Shown in pieces: positions 9,699-18,982 of a stretch of 64,000 nucleotides of DNA; positions within the stretch are counted from its first letter, which is position 1, and each line of letters starts with the position of its first letter. The stretch comes from Candidatus Aenigmatarchaeota archaeon. GTDB lineage: Archaea; Aenigmatarchaeota; Aenigmatarchaeia; PWEA01. A program made the translations under genes and the position numbers. The notes below the pieces were generated by a model. The model was not told the origin of the DNA. It ran no database searches and saw nothing but the letters and a program-made list of their open reading frames with translations. The DNA is taken from the NCBI GenBank assembly GCA_046539325.1, contig JBKHHD010000003.1, forward strand, positions 843 to 64,842, in the 5' to 3' direction.

Positions 9699-10238
9699 TC
9701 ACAGATACAGCTTCTTCGAATCAATTTCTTCAGACGCCTTATGCCATTCCCCTGTGAAATCAGGAGCAAGCTTCTCTCCGTAATTCTTCTCAAGCTCACT
9801 TTCACAGGAAGGTACTGGACTGTTTCTTGCAGCCTCGTAGATTCCCGTAGCTAAGTCCTCTAGCCCGTCCTTGTTCATATTATCCACATCCAGCTCCATA
9901 ACTTTCCCACCCTCTTTAAAAAGTACGTTATCTGCATCCTTAAACAATTTAACAAGATTACCGGGTTGACCTTTGAAAAACTCATTGATAAGCTCCCTCT
10001 CCTCGGGAACCCCACTAGGATCGTAAATTTCAGCTACAGTATCGCCATACTCTTCGAAGAGATTTAAATCTCCTTCTATTCTCAATGGCTCACCACTGAA
10101 CGCTACGAAGAAGGCTCCTCTGTCATTGTAACCAGCTTTACGGAGATTGTCTATATAATCCATCCATGTTCTAATCTCCTGACGGCTGGTTTTCTCTCCA
10201 CCTATATCCTTTCTACTCTTACTAAGATCTTCCTCCAT
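9699..10238 (-). CDS. Hypothetical acidic protein
   Basis: 179-aa ORF with ATG and proteome-typical acidic composition. No recognisable motif. Confidence 0.45.
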   Translation of the reverse strand: MEEDLSKSRKDIGGEKTSRQEIRTWMDYIDNLRKAGYNDRGAFFVAFSGEPLRIEGDLNLFEEYGDTVAEIYDPSGVPEERELINEFFKGQPGNLVKLFKDADNVLFKEGGKVMELDVDNMNKDGLEDLATGIYEAARNSPVPSCESELEKNYGEKLAPDFTGEWHKASEEIDSKKLYL

Positions 10239-10321
10239 GGGTAGATTTTTGGTGGTAAAAAAATATAAAACTGGAGGTCATGGACAAGCTTTAAATACAT
10301 ATAACAACGTTATAAAGTTGT

Positions 10322-11515
10322 ATGAAAATCCTAGACGTCGATAGAATATACGCCGACAATAACGCAAGCACACCCGTAGATCCCAAGGTAAAGGAAGCTA
10401 TAATTCCCTATCTCGACGAGGAGTTTGGCAATCCAAACTCTCTGCATAAAAGAGGAAGGGAAGCCAGGGAAGCTGTGGAGGAAGCCAGGGGTAAGGTGGC
10501 AAGTATGCTGAACTGTAGCAGTAAAGAGATAATATTTACGGGATCGGCCACAGAGTCCAACAATCATGTTATCAAGGGTACTGCATTTGCACGGAAGGAC
10601 GAAGGGAAACATATAATCACCAACAAGATAGAGCATAAATGTGTGCTGGAGGCATGCAGATGGCTGGAGGAGCACGGCTTTGAAGTAACTTATTTGGACG
10701 TGGATGAAGAAGGTTACGTGGACCCGGAGGAATTGCGAAAAGAGCTCAGAGACGATACGATCCTTGTTTCAGTAATGATGGCAAACAACGAGATAGGGAC
10801 CATACAGCCTATAGAGGAACTGGTTGAAGTTACGAAGGATAACTCGGATGCTTACTTCCACACGGACATGGCACAGTGCCCAGGTAAGATGAAAGTGGAC
10901 GTAGAGGAGCCAGGCGTTGACCTTGCGACGATAAACGCGCATAAGATGTACGGACCGAAAGGCGTGGGAGCGTTGTACAGGAAAAAGGGCGTGGATATAG
11001 ATCCGCTTCTACACGGAGGTGGACAGGAGGACGGCGAGAGGTCCAGCACGGAAAATGTTCCTTATATAGTTGGCTTTGGAAAGGCATGTGAGATAGCTGA
11101 AGAAAGTTGGACAGAGGATAAGAAAAGGCTTACGAAGATGCAAGAAAGACTTATAGAGGAAGTAAGACAAAGGATCGATGATGTAAAGTTGAACGGTCCT
11201 GAAAAACCAAGACTTCCAGGAAATGCAAACCTTTCGTTTATAGGTGTGGAGGGCGAGGCGCTGGTACTCCGACTGGACGAAAGAGGTATAGGCGTTGCGA
11301 CGGGCTCCGCATGCAGCTCCGAGGAACTAAAGGCATCGCATGTCTTGAAGGCTATAGGAAGAGGGCCCGAGATAGCACACTCTTCACTCCGGATTAGTTA
11401 CGGAAGATTTAACACTATGGAAGACGTAAATAAGACCGTCGAAGTTCTGGAGAAGGAAGTAGAAGACCTGAGGTCTATAACTGCCGTTGATTCAAAAGGC
11501 AAGATAGGTGATTAG
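10322..11515 (+). CDS. iscS: Cysteine desulfurase, NifS/IscS class
   Basis: PLP-Lys context ATINAHKMYGPKGVGALY. Active-site Cys loop GSACSSEE. Confidence 0.9.
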   Translation: MKILDVDRIYADNNASTPVDPKVKEAIIPYLDEEFGNPNSLHKRGREAREAVEEARGKVASMLNCSSKEIIFTGSATESNNHVIKGTAFARKDEGKHIITNKIEHKCVLEACRWLEEHGFEVTYLDVDEEGYVDPEELRKELRDDTILVSVMMANNEIGTIQPIEELVEVTKDNSDAYFHTDMAQCPGKMKVDVEEPGVDLATINAHKMYGPKGVGALYRKKGVDIDPLLHGGGQEDGERSSTENVPYIVGFGKACEIAEESWTEDKKRLTKMQERLIEEVRQRIDDVKLNGPEKPRLPGNANLSFIGVEGEALVLRLDERGIGVATGSACSSEELKASHVLKAIGRGPEIAHSSLRISYGRFNTMEDVNKTVEVLEKEVEDLRSITAVDSKGKIGD

Positions 11516-11995
11516 ATGTATACGGAAGAGGTAATGGAACATTTCAAGAACCCTAGAAACATGGGTGAAATGGAAGATCCCGACGTTACGGCTAGAGTCG
11601 GGAACCCAAGTTGCGGGGACATGATGGATATCTACATGAAAGTTGAAGAGAAGGATGGTGAAAGGTACATAGAAGATATAATGTTCAAGACCTTTGGTTG
11701 TGCTTCCGCTATCGCAACTTCTTCCGTTATCACGGAGATGGCAATGGATAAAACGCTGGATGAGGCTGAGCAGATAGAACCTGATGATGTTGCTGAGGCT
11801 CTCGGCGGACTTCCAAAGATAAAGATGCATTGCTCCAATCTCTCAGCGAACGGTCTCCATGAAGCGATATACCAGTACAAGAAGGACAAAGGCATGAATA
11901 TTTCTGAGGATCTGGAAAGGAAGCACGAGATAGCGCAGAAGACGCTTGAGAAGACGGAGGATATTAGGAAAGAGCACGGGCTGGACGAAGACTGA
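11516..11995 (+). CDS. iscU: Fe-S cluster assembly scaffold IscU/NifU
   Basis: Three conserved Cys motifs (GNPSCGD, FGCASA, HCSNL). The start codon directly follows the iscS stop. Confidence 0.9.
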   Translation: MYTEEVMEHFKNPRNMGEMEDPDVTARVGNPSCGDMMDIYMKVEEKDGERYIEDIMFKTFGCASAIATSSVITEMAMDKTLDEAEQIEPDDVAEALGGLPKIKMHCSNLSANGLHEAIYQYKKDKGMNISEDLERKHEIAQKTLEKTEDIRKEHGLDED

Positions 11996-12051
11996 GATGT
12001 AGTGCCTAAAATCTCCGAATATTTATTTTTGTAGGAATCAAACTACAGGAC

Positions 12052-12771
12052 ATGGGTAAGAACAGTGAGAAGACCGTGTGCCTTATATCCGGGGGCATCG
12101 ATTCTCCGGTGGCTGCGGCGATGATGGGACAGAAGATGGAGATCGTTCCTCTACATTTCGTACTACATCCATACTACTGCGAGGAAACCTTCTCCTTGAG
12201 TATACGAGCCATGAAAAGGCTTCAAAGGGTAGTTTCCTTTGAGGAAATAGTCTTGTTTCCCTGGGGAAACGTTCTCCAGAAAATCTTCACTGAGCTGGAA
12301 AGGATCGGAAAAAGAGAATACTCCTGCGTCCTCTGCAGAAGATCGATGTTTCTCGCAGGCTCGGAGATATGTGAAAAGGTAGGGGCTGATTCTCTGACCA
12401 CTGGAGAGTCCTTAGGACAAAAGGCAAGCCAGACCACAGAAAATCTGAGGACAACTTCCTGGAACATAGACGTTCCTATCCATAGACCCTTGATGGGAAT
12501 GGACAAGCAGGAAATAATAAGGAAAAGTAAGGAGATGGGACTGTACATGTCCACACATGCGGGATGCTGCAACGCGACGCCAGACAAGCCAAGAACAGAA
12601 AGCGATCCGGAGAAAGTTGAAGAACTCTTCAAGAAGCTAGAGCTTGGAAAGTTCATCCGTGAAAAAGCAGGGTCTGCAAAGGTGGTGACTACTCAAGACA
12701 AGGAATTCTACGAGATATTCCATGAGTACTTGAAAGATATACTCTCAGCTGAGCAACATGCTGAAAAATGA
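12052..12771 (+). CDS. thiI: ThiI-like PP-loop sulfurtransferase lacking the N-terminal THUMP domain
   Basis: SGGIDSPVAA PP-loop at residues 12-21. ThiI-like CVLCRRSMF...TGESLGQKASQT. Only 239 aa with no THUMP region. Confidence 0.65.
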   Translation: MGKNSEKTVCLISGGIDSPVAAAMMGQKMEIVPLHFVLHPYYCEETFSLSIRAMKRLQRVVSFEEIVLFPWGNVLQKIFTELERIGKREYSCVLCRRSMFLAGSEICEKVGADSLTTGESLGQKASQTTENLRTTSWNIDVPIHRPLMGMDKQEIIRKSKEMGLYMSTHAGCCNATPDKPRTESDPEKVEELFKKLELGKFIREKAGSAKVVTTQDKEFYEIFHEYLKDILSAEQHAEK

Positions 12772-12785
12772 AATGTCAGAAGTTT

Positions 12786-13517
12786 CTAATGAGCCGTCCA
12801 TCCTCCATCGACAGGTAGATTAACTCCTGTGATGTAGGAAGCTTCTTCCGATGCCAGGAACACAGCTACATCGGCTATCTCCTCTGGCTGCGCAACTCTC
12901 TTCATCGGCGTCATGTTCAACACATGCTGACGGAACTCCTCGTCCTTCATGGCCTCCTCTATCATCGGTGTCTCGACAAATCCTGGACAAATGCTGTTCA
13001 CTCTAATGTTGTACTGTGCCAGGTCATCCGCAACTGATCTCGTAAAGTTTACAACTCCTCCCTTTGCTGCATTGTAAGCGGTAGCCCCGATGTCACCTGT
13101 TAGCCCATATATTGAGCCCATATTTATGACGCAACCTTCCGTCTCTTTGAGGTAATCAACTGCTGCCTTAGTTCCGTGCATGACTCCGTCCAGGTCAACG
13201 CTAAGGATCTTTTTCCACTCGTCTATACTCATCTCCTCTATCGTCGACTGGGAACCTATCCCGGCGTTGTTCACTATTATATCCAACCTTCCGTAGTCTT
13301 TAGCAGTACTATCTACAAGTTCTTTGACACTCTTCCAGTCGGATACATCACACTTCTTAAACTTGCAGCCTACCTTCTCAGCAACTTTCTTACCTTTCTC
13401 TTTGTCTATATCAGCTATTACTACTTCAGCGCCTTCTTCTACATACCTTTCAGCTATAGCCTTTCCAATTCCAGAAGAACCTCCTGTTACGATCGCAACC
13501 TTACCGTCAAGTCTCAT
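12786..13517 (-). CDS. Short-chain dehydrogenase/reductase, FabG-like
   Basis: TGGSSGIGKAIA glycine-rich NAD(P) motif. Catalytic YNAAKGGV. NNAGI. Confidence 0.85.
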   Translation of the reverse strand: MRLDGKVAIVTGGSSGIGKAIAERYVEEGAEVVIADIDKEKGKKVAEKVGCKFKKCDVSDWKSVKELVDSTAKDYGRLDIIVNNAGIGSQSTIEEMSIDEWKKILSVDLDGVMHGTKAAVDYLKETEGCVINMGSIYGLTGDIGATAYNAAKGGVVNFTRSVADDLAQYNIRVNSICPGFVETPMIEEAMKDEEFRQHVLNMTPMKRVAQPEEIADVAVFLASEEASYITGVNLPVDGGWTAH

Positions 13518-13568
13518 TTTATCACGTTAGACTATAAGACGCCCGGGTTTATAAAATTCAATAAAGAA

Positions 13569-14132
13569 CTAGATGTTTTCCTCTACCTTCTTGAAGTCTT
13601 TTCTGAGGACGTCTTTGAGGTCAGGATTGTATAAAGCAGCAGCAGGGTGATACTGAGGAATTATCTTGAACTGTCCTTGGAGGTTGCTGACGCTAAACAT
13701 CTGCCCATGTATACTGCTTATACTTCCTCCCTCAAGATCGTACTTGTCGAGTATATAGGAACTGGCGAAGCTTCCCAGGGGAACGATAACTTCAGGGTCG
13801 ACGAGGTTGATATGTTTGTCCAGATAAGATGTACAATTCTCTATCTCCTCCTCTTCTGGATCCCTGTTATTAGGTGGCCTACAGAGAACTATGTTGGTTA
13901 TGTAGACCTCCTCCCTTTCAAGATTTATTTCCTCGAGAAGTCTATCCAGTAGATTCCCAGCTCTTCCCACGAAAGGTCTTCCTTGTTTATCCTCCTGGCG
14001 TCCTGGAGCTTCACCTACAAAAAGAATATCGGCCTCGGGAGTTCCGTCACCAATAACTATCTGTGTCCTGTTTTTATGAAGCTTGCATTTCTTACAGTCA
14101 CTTATATCTTCCTTCAACTCTTCGTAGCTCAT
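13569..14132 (-). CDS. udg: Uracil-DNA glycosylase, family 4
   Basis: [25 protein letters not shown]-terminal CKKCKLH cysteines. CRPPNNRDP. Confidence 0.8.
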   Translation of the reverse strand: MSYEELKEDISDCKKCKLHKNRTQIVIGDGTPEADILFVGEAPGRQEDKQGRPFVGRAGNLLDRLLEEINLEREEVYITNIVLCRPPNNRDPEEEEIENCTSYLDKHINLVDPEVIVPLGSFASSYILDKYDLEGGSISSIHGQMFSVSNLQGQFKIIPQYHPAAALYNPDLKDVLRKDFKKVEENI

Positions 14133-14169
14133 AACCTTTACTTCTCAGAAACAACTAAAAAAGATTAAC

Positions 14170-15078
14170 CTAAGTCTTCTGTTTAGAGACGTAACTGTAA
14201 GTAGAGTATGCCGCTATAGCTCCTTCAGCAGAAGCAGTTACTATCTGTCTCAACTTGTTGCTGCCCGTCGTAACGTCGCCGGCAGCGAAAACACCGTCCA
14301 CACTCGTCGAAAGGTCTTCGTCAACCTCTATAAAACCGTCTTCGTCTCTGCTTATTTCCTTTTCTCCTACCTCCTTTATACTCCGATTCGGAACGGAACC
14401 GATTTCTACAAAGGCTCCGTCCACTTCTACCTCTTCACCGTTGTTGAAAACTATCTTCTTCAAGAACTCGTCACCTACGAACTTCTCTGGAGCTAAACCT
14501 GTCCTCATCTCTATCTTCTCGTTGTCCTTGCACTTCTGTACCATTATCTTCTCCGCACTTATCTCGTCCGTAGCTTCAAATACAGTAACTTTGTCGGCGT
14601 GCTCGGCGAGCTGCATGGCAGCCTTTAGTCCTGAGTCAGCTCCTCCTATGACCGCTACCTCCTTGTTTCTGTACAGCGGCGCGTCACAGGTCGCGCAGTA
14701 GCTCACACCTTTACCTATCAGTTCGTCTTCGCCGAGTATATTCAGTCTTCTCTTGTCGGCGCCCAAGGCAAGGATCACTGAGACTGCTTCGTATGTCTCG
14801 TCCTTGGTTGAAACCTTGAAGTTGCCGTTTCTCTTTATCTCCTGGACCTTCTTCTCAATAACATCAACTCCAAGATCCTCTATCTGCTCCTTCATTTTGT
14901 TCATTAACTCCTGTCCTTCTATCTCCTTGGTACCGGGCCAGTTTTCCACGATATAGGCTTCGCTGCACAGTCCTCCTAGTTCCTCGCCTACAACAACCAC
15001 GTCTAGATCGTACCTCTTCGCGTACAAGGCTGCAGTATAGCCCGCAGGCCCTGTACCTACCACCACTAAATCCTTCAT
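14170..15078 (-). CDS. trxB: Thioredoxin-disulfide reductase
   Basis: FAD GxGxxG VVGTGPAGYTAA. Redox-active CATCDAPLY. NADPH site AVIGGADSG. Confidence 0.85.
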   Translation of the reverse strand: MKDLVVVGTGPAGYTAALYAKRYDLDVVVVGEELGGLCSEAYIVENWPGTKEIEGQELMNKMKEQIEDLGVDVIEKKVQEIKRNGNFKVSTKDETYEAVSVILALGADKRRLNILGEDELIGKGVSYCATCDAPLYRNKEVAVIGGADSGLKAAMQLAEHADKVTVFEATDEISAEKIMVQKCKDNEKIEMRTGLAPEKFVGDEFLKKIVFNNGEEVEVDGAFVEIGSVPNRSIKEVGEKEISRDEDGFIEVDEDLSTSVDGVFAAGDVTTGSNKLRQIVTASAEGAIAAYSTYSYVSKQKT

Positions 15079-15090
15079 TTCAATCGCCTT

Positions 15091-15414
15091 TCAAATGTTT
15101 TTGTCTATCCATTCGTTTATGTCTCCCTTGTTCCTGTTTCCTACGAAGTTATCGACGACCTCGCCGTCCACGAACAGGTTGACGTTTGGAACGCTTCTCA
15201 CGCCGTACTCCTGTGGCTTTTCTTCTGCTTCATCTATGTTCACCTTTACAACGTCTATGTCGTCCCTTTCCTTGCCTATGTCCTCTATCGTCGGCTTCAG
15301 CTGCTGGCAGGGCATACACCACTCGGCCCAGAAGTCTACAACTACAGGTTTCTCCTTGGAAGCTTCAACAACCTTCTCGTCGAAGTCATCGTCCTTTGCT
15401 TTTTTCAAAGCCAT
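15091..15414 (-). CDS. trx: Thioredoxin
   Basis: WAEWCMPCQQL (CxxC) in a 107-aa protein, directly downstream of trxB. Confidence 0.85.
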   Translation of the reverse strand: MALKKAKDDDFDEKVVEASKEKPVVVDFWAEWCMPCQQLKPTIEDIGKERDDIDVVKVNIDEAEEKPQEYGVRSVPNVNLFVDGEVVDNFVGNRNKGDINEWIDKNI

Positions 15415-15418
15415 AATA

Positions 15419-15682
15419 TCACCTCATACAGTTTACACATGTTGGTCCTTTGTTTGTTTCAGGGATTTCGTAGTTCTCCTCCTCCCACTCCTCCACAAAC
15501 TCTTTCCAGTTTTCAAGATGCTCCTTGGAACAAAACTTCTTTCTATGCTTCCCTACGTATCCTGGCACCTTAACCTTTTCCACTACTCCGTTGTCCTCAA
15601 GGACGGAGTTGCAGAACTGACACCGTCCTTTTATTAGACCTCTCACGTAGTCAAACATATTATCACAATCCGCACGAACCAC
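15419..15682 (-). CDS. Small Cys-rich protein, putative metal-binding
   Basis: CDNMF...CQFCNS...CSKEH...CVNCMR in 87 aa. Confidence 0.4.
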   Translation of the reverse strand: MVRADCDNMFDYVRGLIKGRCQFCNSVLEDNGVVEKVKVPGYVGKHRKKFCSKEHLENWKEFVEEWEEENYEIPETNKGPTCVNCMR

Positions 15683-15851
15683 AGGAAGAGGTCGAACAGG
15701 AAGAACAACTGCTCCCTGCTACCATCTCATTTTTTTCGTAAAGCTTGGTCCAGCAGTCCCTGCAGACCATCACCTTGCCTTTATCTGTATGGTTCGCCTC
15801 TAATAGACTCCCTTCACTACCGCATAACTCACAGCTCATGATTATCAACAA
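15663..15851 (-). CDS. Small Cys-rich protein with a Cys/Ser low-complexity tail
   Basis: CELCGS...VCRDCW zinc-ribbon-like, followed by C-terminal SSCSSCSTSSCGSCGL. Confidence 0.4.
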   Translation of the reverse strand: MLIIMSCELCGSEGSLLEANHTDKGKVMVCRDCWTKLYEKNEMVAGSSCSSCSTSSCGSCGL

Positions 15852-15924
15852 AACTTATTCCAAGTAACTTATATAACTAACGAAAGTGTGAATTATAGTG
15901 AATTAAAAATTCACAACCGATAAT

Positions 15925-16263
15925 ATGATAGATTTCGCATGTAAGACCATTGAAGTACAAGAGCTCATTAGATGCTCCTTCCAGCTATCGAAGACTGACT
16001 ACAAAGTTCTCAGGAGGCTCATGGAAGAGGAAAAAAGGGCAAAGGAACTTGCAGGGGATCTAGATCTTGAAAGAAGCACAGTCCAGAAATCACTGACAAA
16101 GCTTATGGAAAGAGATCTAGTCTCCCGAAGGCAGTACAATATATCCACCGGCGGATACAGGTATGCGTACATAGCCAAGGATAAAGAAGAAATAAAGAAA
16201 GAGGTAAGGAGTTTGATAGACGACTGGAGCTCCTCCGCAAAGGAAGCCATAGAAGACTGGTAG
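15925..16263 (+). CDS. Winged-HTH transcription regulator, MarR/TrmB-like
   Basis: 112 aa. TDYKVLRRLMEEEKRAKELAGDLDLERSTVQKSLTKLMERDLVSRR is a helix-turn-helix plus wing pattern. Confidence 0.5.
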   Translation: MIDFACKTIEVQELIRCSFQLSKTDYKVLRRLMEEEKRAKELAGDLDLERSTVQKSLTKLMERDLVSRRQYNISTGGYRYAYIAKDKEEIKKEVRSLIDDWSSSAKEAIEDW

Positions 16264-16518
16264 TCAGTCGTGGTGTTCGAACATATCGTCCTGAACTGCG
16301 TCCTTTTTCTGTAACCACTCGATAAGCATCGCTACATGTTCCTTTTCCTCGTCACGGTTGTGCTCCAGTATCTCCTTTAACTCTGGATCGTTTGTGTTCT
16401 CTACTCTCTCTTGATACCAGTTCACAGCTTCCAGCTCCTCGATCAGGGACTGCCTTGCCCTTTCTAGGTCGAGAGTCTTAGTGGAAAGAGTTTCCTTTCC
16501 CTCATGTTCGCCTGTCAT
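16264..16518 (-). CDS. Ferritin-like small protein, EncFtn/rubrerythrin-like four-helix segment
   Basis: EELEAVNWYQERV...DEEKEHVAMLIEW carries paired E..E and ExxH ligand motifs. 84 aa. Confidence 0.45.
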   Translation of the reverse strand: MTGEHEGKETLSTKTLDLERARQSLIEELEAVNWYQERVENTNDPELKEILEHNRDEEKEHVAMLIEWLQKKDAVQDDMFEHHD

Positions 16519-16602
16519 ATTTAAATCACCCCATAAATAGTATCTTTTTCCTGATTAACATACCTTATGGTTGAAAATAAAAAGAAGGGATTGTAAGAGG
16601 TT

Positions 16603-17727
16603 TTAGCACGAGCCTGCAGGTGCCGTGTTTTCACTACTTGAACCCAAGGTTTCCGAGCAAGCGTCAGGCTCTGCTTCAAAGCCTGAGCAGATCGTCTTCT
16701 TGTAGGCGTCTGGATTTCCGTACTCGTAGACTGCTTCGCTTTCGACGCCGTTGATGAACAAAGTCGGAGAAGCTGAAACACCTCTCTCCTGCGTTATCTT
16801 TGCCTCCTCTTCGAGTAGTTCATCGCCTCTGTTTTCTACACAGCTTTCAATCTCCTCGACGCTAAGTCCTGCTTCTTGAGCGGCTTCCTGCCAGCACTGA
16901 CCTTCGCTTCCACAGTTATCGTTGACATAGGTCGCGAATTCAAACCATTTACCGACGCCATTGTCCTCAAGCACACAGAGCTCTCTCTCGTCCTGTTCTA
17001 CTTCCGCTTGTCCGTGAAGCGACTGGAATCCATCCTCACTGTTTCCTCTCACGATAAAATGAGGCTCCCAGTTCACCTTGTCACCAAGCAGCTCGTGGAC
17101 AGGCTCCATGGTGTTTTCGGCCTGGTTCCCGTAGGGACAGAAGCTCTGGACGAAGAGCTCTACAGTCGGCTTCTCCTCAGTTGGAATCTCCTCTCCTTGA
17201 CTATCTGTGTTTTCTCCAGTGTTTTCTTCAGTAGTTTGATCCATGTCAATTATGCCGTCGCTCATGATCAATTTTTCTCCATTCAAAGTTGCGTAAACAG
17301 GAATCTCTTGGTTCTGATAACCGGTTGTAACTTTGTAGAGCTCATCTTCTCTACTTACATTCACTAATTCTGCCTCGCCCTGCTGTATCATTTCTGAGTT
17401 GAGAAAACTGACCGCTTTTTCCCCAACTTCGTTGGCATCCAGAGATTCACTCCTGGTGAATTCACCTGTGATGCAGGATCCAAACAGACCGGAAAAGTAG
17501 ATATTGATGAGCAGGAGAACAGCAAGCAAAACAACGCCCCACTTCCAAGGACTTAGGAAAGGCAAAGAATCGCGGGAGAAGTTCTCTGACTCTGCTTTTC
17601 CATTTTCCTCAGTTTCACTACCTTCATCAGATTCTCCTTGGCTGTGCACCTGTGACTGATGAACATGCAGACCTTTCTTCGTGTCAAACGTCTTTCCACA
17701 ATCACTACACTCAAACTCTTCAGGCAT
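16603..17727 (-). CDS. Membrane-anchored DsbA-like thiol-disulfide oxidoreductase with an N-terminal cytoplasmic C2H2 zinc finger
   Basis: N-terminal FECSDCGKTFDTKKGLHVHQSQVH fits the classical C2H2 spacing. TM WKWGVVLLAVLLLINIYF. C-terminal FVQSFCPYG and DsbA cis-Pro loop SPTLFINGVESE. Confidence 0.6.
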   Translation of the reverse strand: MPEEFECSDCGKTFDTKKGLHVHQSQVHSQGESDEGSETEENGKAESENFSRDSLPFLSPWKWGVVLLAVLLLINIYFSGLFGSCITGEFTRSESLDANEVGEKAVSFLNSEMIQQGEAELVNVSREDELYKVTTGYQNQEIPVYATLNGEKLIMSDGIIDMDQTTEENTGENTDSQGEEIPTEEKPTVELFVQSFCPYGNQAENTMEPVHELLGDKVNWEPHFIVRGNSEDGFQSLHGQAEVEQDERELCVLEDNGVGKWFEFATYVNDNCGSEGQCWQEAAQEAGLSVEEIESCVENRGDELLEEEAKITQERGVSASPTLFINGVESEAVYEYGNPDAYKKTICSGFEAEPDACSETLGSSSENTAPAGSC

Positions 17728-17769
17728 AACTTACCTTCCATTGTTTGAAACTTATAAAGTTTAAGGAAA

Positions 17770-18411
17770 TTACCGCAGTTTCCGCTGGGAGCTCCTTTCG
17801 TCTGAAGTCCCATACTTGACAGCAATGAATGAAAGTATCGAAAGAACCAAGACAACAAAAAAAGTCGGGGTGACTGACATTTCCACGGGGGCAGAAACTG
17901 TCATACTGTCAATACTAGCCTCGCAACTTGAAGATCCGACAAGGTAGGGTACATCGAACTGTTCAACGCTAACGGATCCAGGTCCCATGGCTCCCTCAAC
18001 CACCGAATCGCTTAGAAAGTTGTTGAACAAAAAAGCACCTAACAAAAGCAAGAGTACAAAAACGACAGGAACCCAGAATCCTTTTCTGTAACCAAACTTC
18101 ACTGTCTGTTCTTCCCACCATTTCCCCTTTCCCAGCGATCCTGCAACCATAATTATTCCTCCAAGGACGAAAAGAACCTGAAAGGCAATCAAGAGATACT
18201 CCAGAAAAGGAAATGAAAGCACAACGTCCAATGCGACAAACTCGTAGTGGAAGGGTGAAAGCGAAAGGTTGATGGCCTCACCAATCTCGAAACGCCACCA
18301 CGGTCCAAGGAAAGGCAGGGCTACCATAACCAGTCCTGAGAACAGACCCGGCCAGTTCAACAGCTCCATGAAGCCACTGGTTTTCTCAGACATACTCATT
18401 ACCCACCTCAA
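17770..18411 (-). CDS. Polytopic membrane protein, unknown function
   Basis: Several hydrophobic spans (LFSGLVMVALPFLGPWW, LLIAFQVLFVLGGIIMVAGSL, FWVPVVFVLLLLLGAFLF, FFVVLVLSILSFIAV). Overlaps the upstream gene by 26 nt. Confidence 0.5.
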   Translation of the reverse strand: MRWVMSMSEKTSGFMELLNWPGLFSGLVMVALPFLGPWWRFEIGEAINLSLSPFHYEFVALDVVLSFPFLEYLLIAFQVLFVLGGIIMVAGSLGKGKWWEEQTVKFGYRKGFWVPVVFVLLLLLGAFLFNNFLSDSVVEGAMGPGSVSVEQFDVPYLVGSSSCEASIDSMTVSAPVEMSVTPTFFVVLVLSILSFIAVKYGTSDERSSQRKLR

Positions 18412-18907
18412 GATCTTCTGCAGTTACTTCCAAGTCCAATACCTCCATCTCTACGGAAACGTTCTCCACTTGTCGATCAAGGTTACCTCGACGCGCAAGT
18501 GTTTCAGGATCCTCTTTAAGAGAACCTCCGAGAACAAAGCTTGTACTTTCATCCTCTTTCAAAACTACTTTCTCCTCCACGAGACTGAGTTCACAGACCT
18601 TTCTTTCACCCATGTACATGTCTCCTGAGAGTTCCTCCAGGTAAACCTTCCTCTCGAAGGGTGAGGAAGCCTTCAGGGTAAGGTTCATCCCACCGCTTTG
18701 AGGATCGATCTCCCTATCCACCTCACGTATATCGCCCTCCTCCGTAAAGTTCGAAACGCGTTCCTGAAGCTCCTGGATGTTTTCCTCAGGTGGCATAACG
18801 GCTTCGCGCGGGTTCCAGCCGTTCGTCGAAAAAGCAAGTACAACAGGTACAAGTACGACTGAAAGGTTCAGGATAAACAGAGCAAATCCGAGCATTTTCT
18901 TGCTCAT
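18386..18907 (-). CDS. Signal-anchored secreted or membrane protein
   Basis: MSKKMLGFALFILNLSVVLVPVVLAFS signal/anchor, followed by an acidic ectodomain. Confidence 0.5.
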   Translation of the reverse strand: MSKKMLGFALFILNLSVVLVPVVLAFSTNGWNPREAVMPPEENIQELQERVSNFTEEGDIREVDREIDPQSGGMNLTLKASSPFERKVYLEELSGDMYMGERKVCELSLVEEKVVLKEDESTSFVLGGSLKEDPETLARRGNLDRQVENVSVEMEVLDLEVTAEDLEVGNEYV

Positions 18908-18982
18908 AACTCAACCTTTACTAGAGAAATTTATAAGAATAAAAAATGGGGAATTTTAAAGGTTCAACTTGAAAAACCGTCG

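Noticed and set aside
13176-13634. 152-aa plus ORF overlapping the SDR gene and the intergenic region
   Set aside because: Antisense to the SDR with FabG-like motifs. Tyr/Phe/Ser-rich junk composition
17770-18411. DsbB/VKOR-like partner for the DsbA-like protein
   Set aside because: The membrane protein has a single Cys and no CxxC, so it cannot be a VKOR or DsbB
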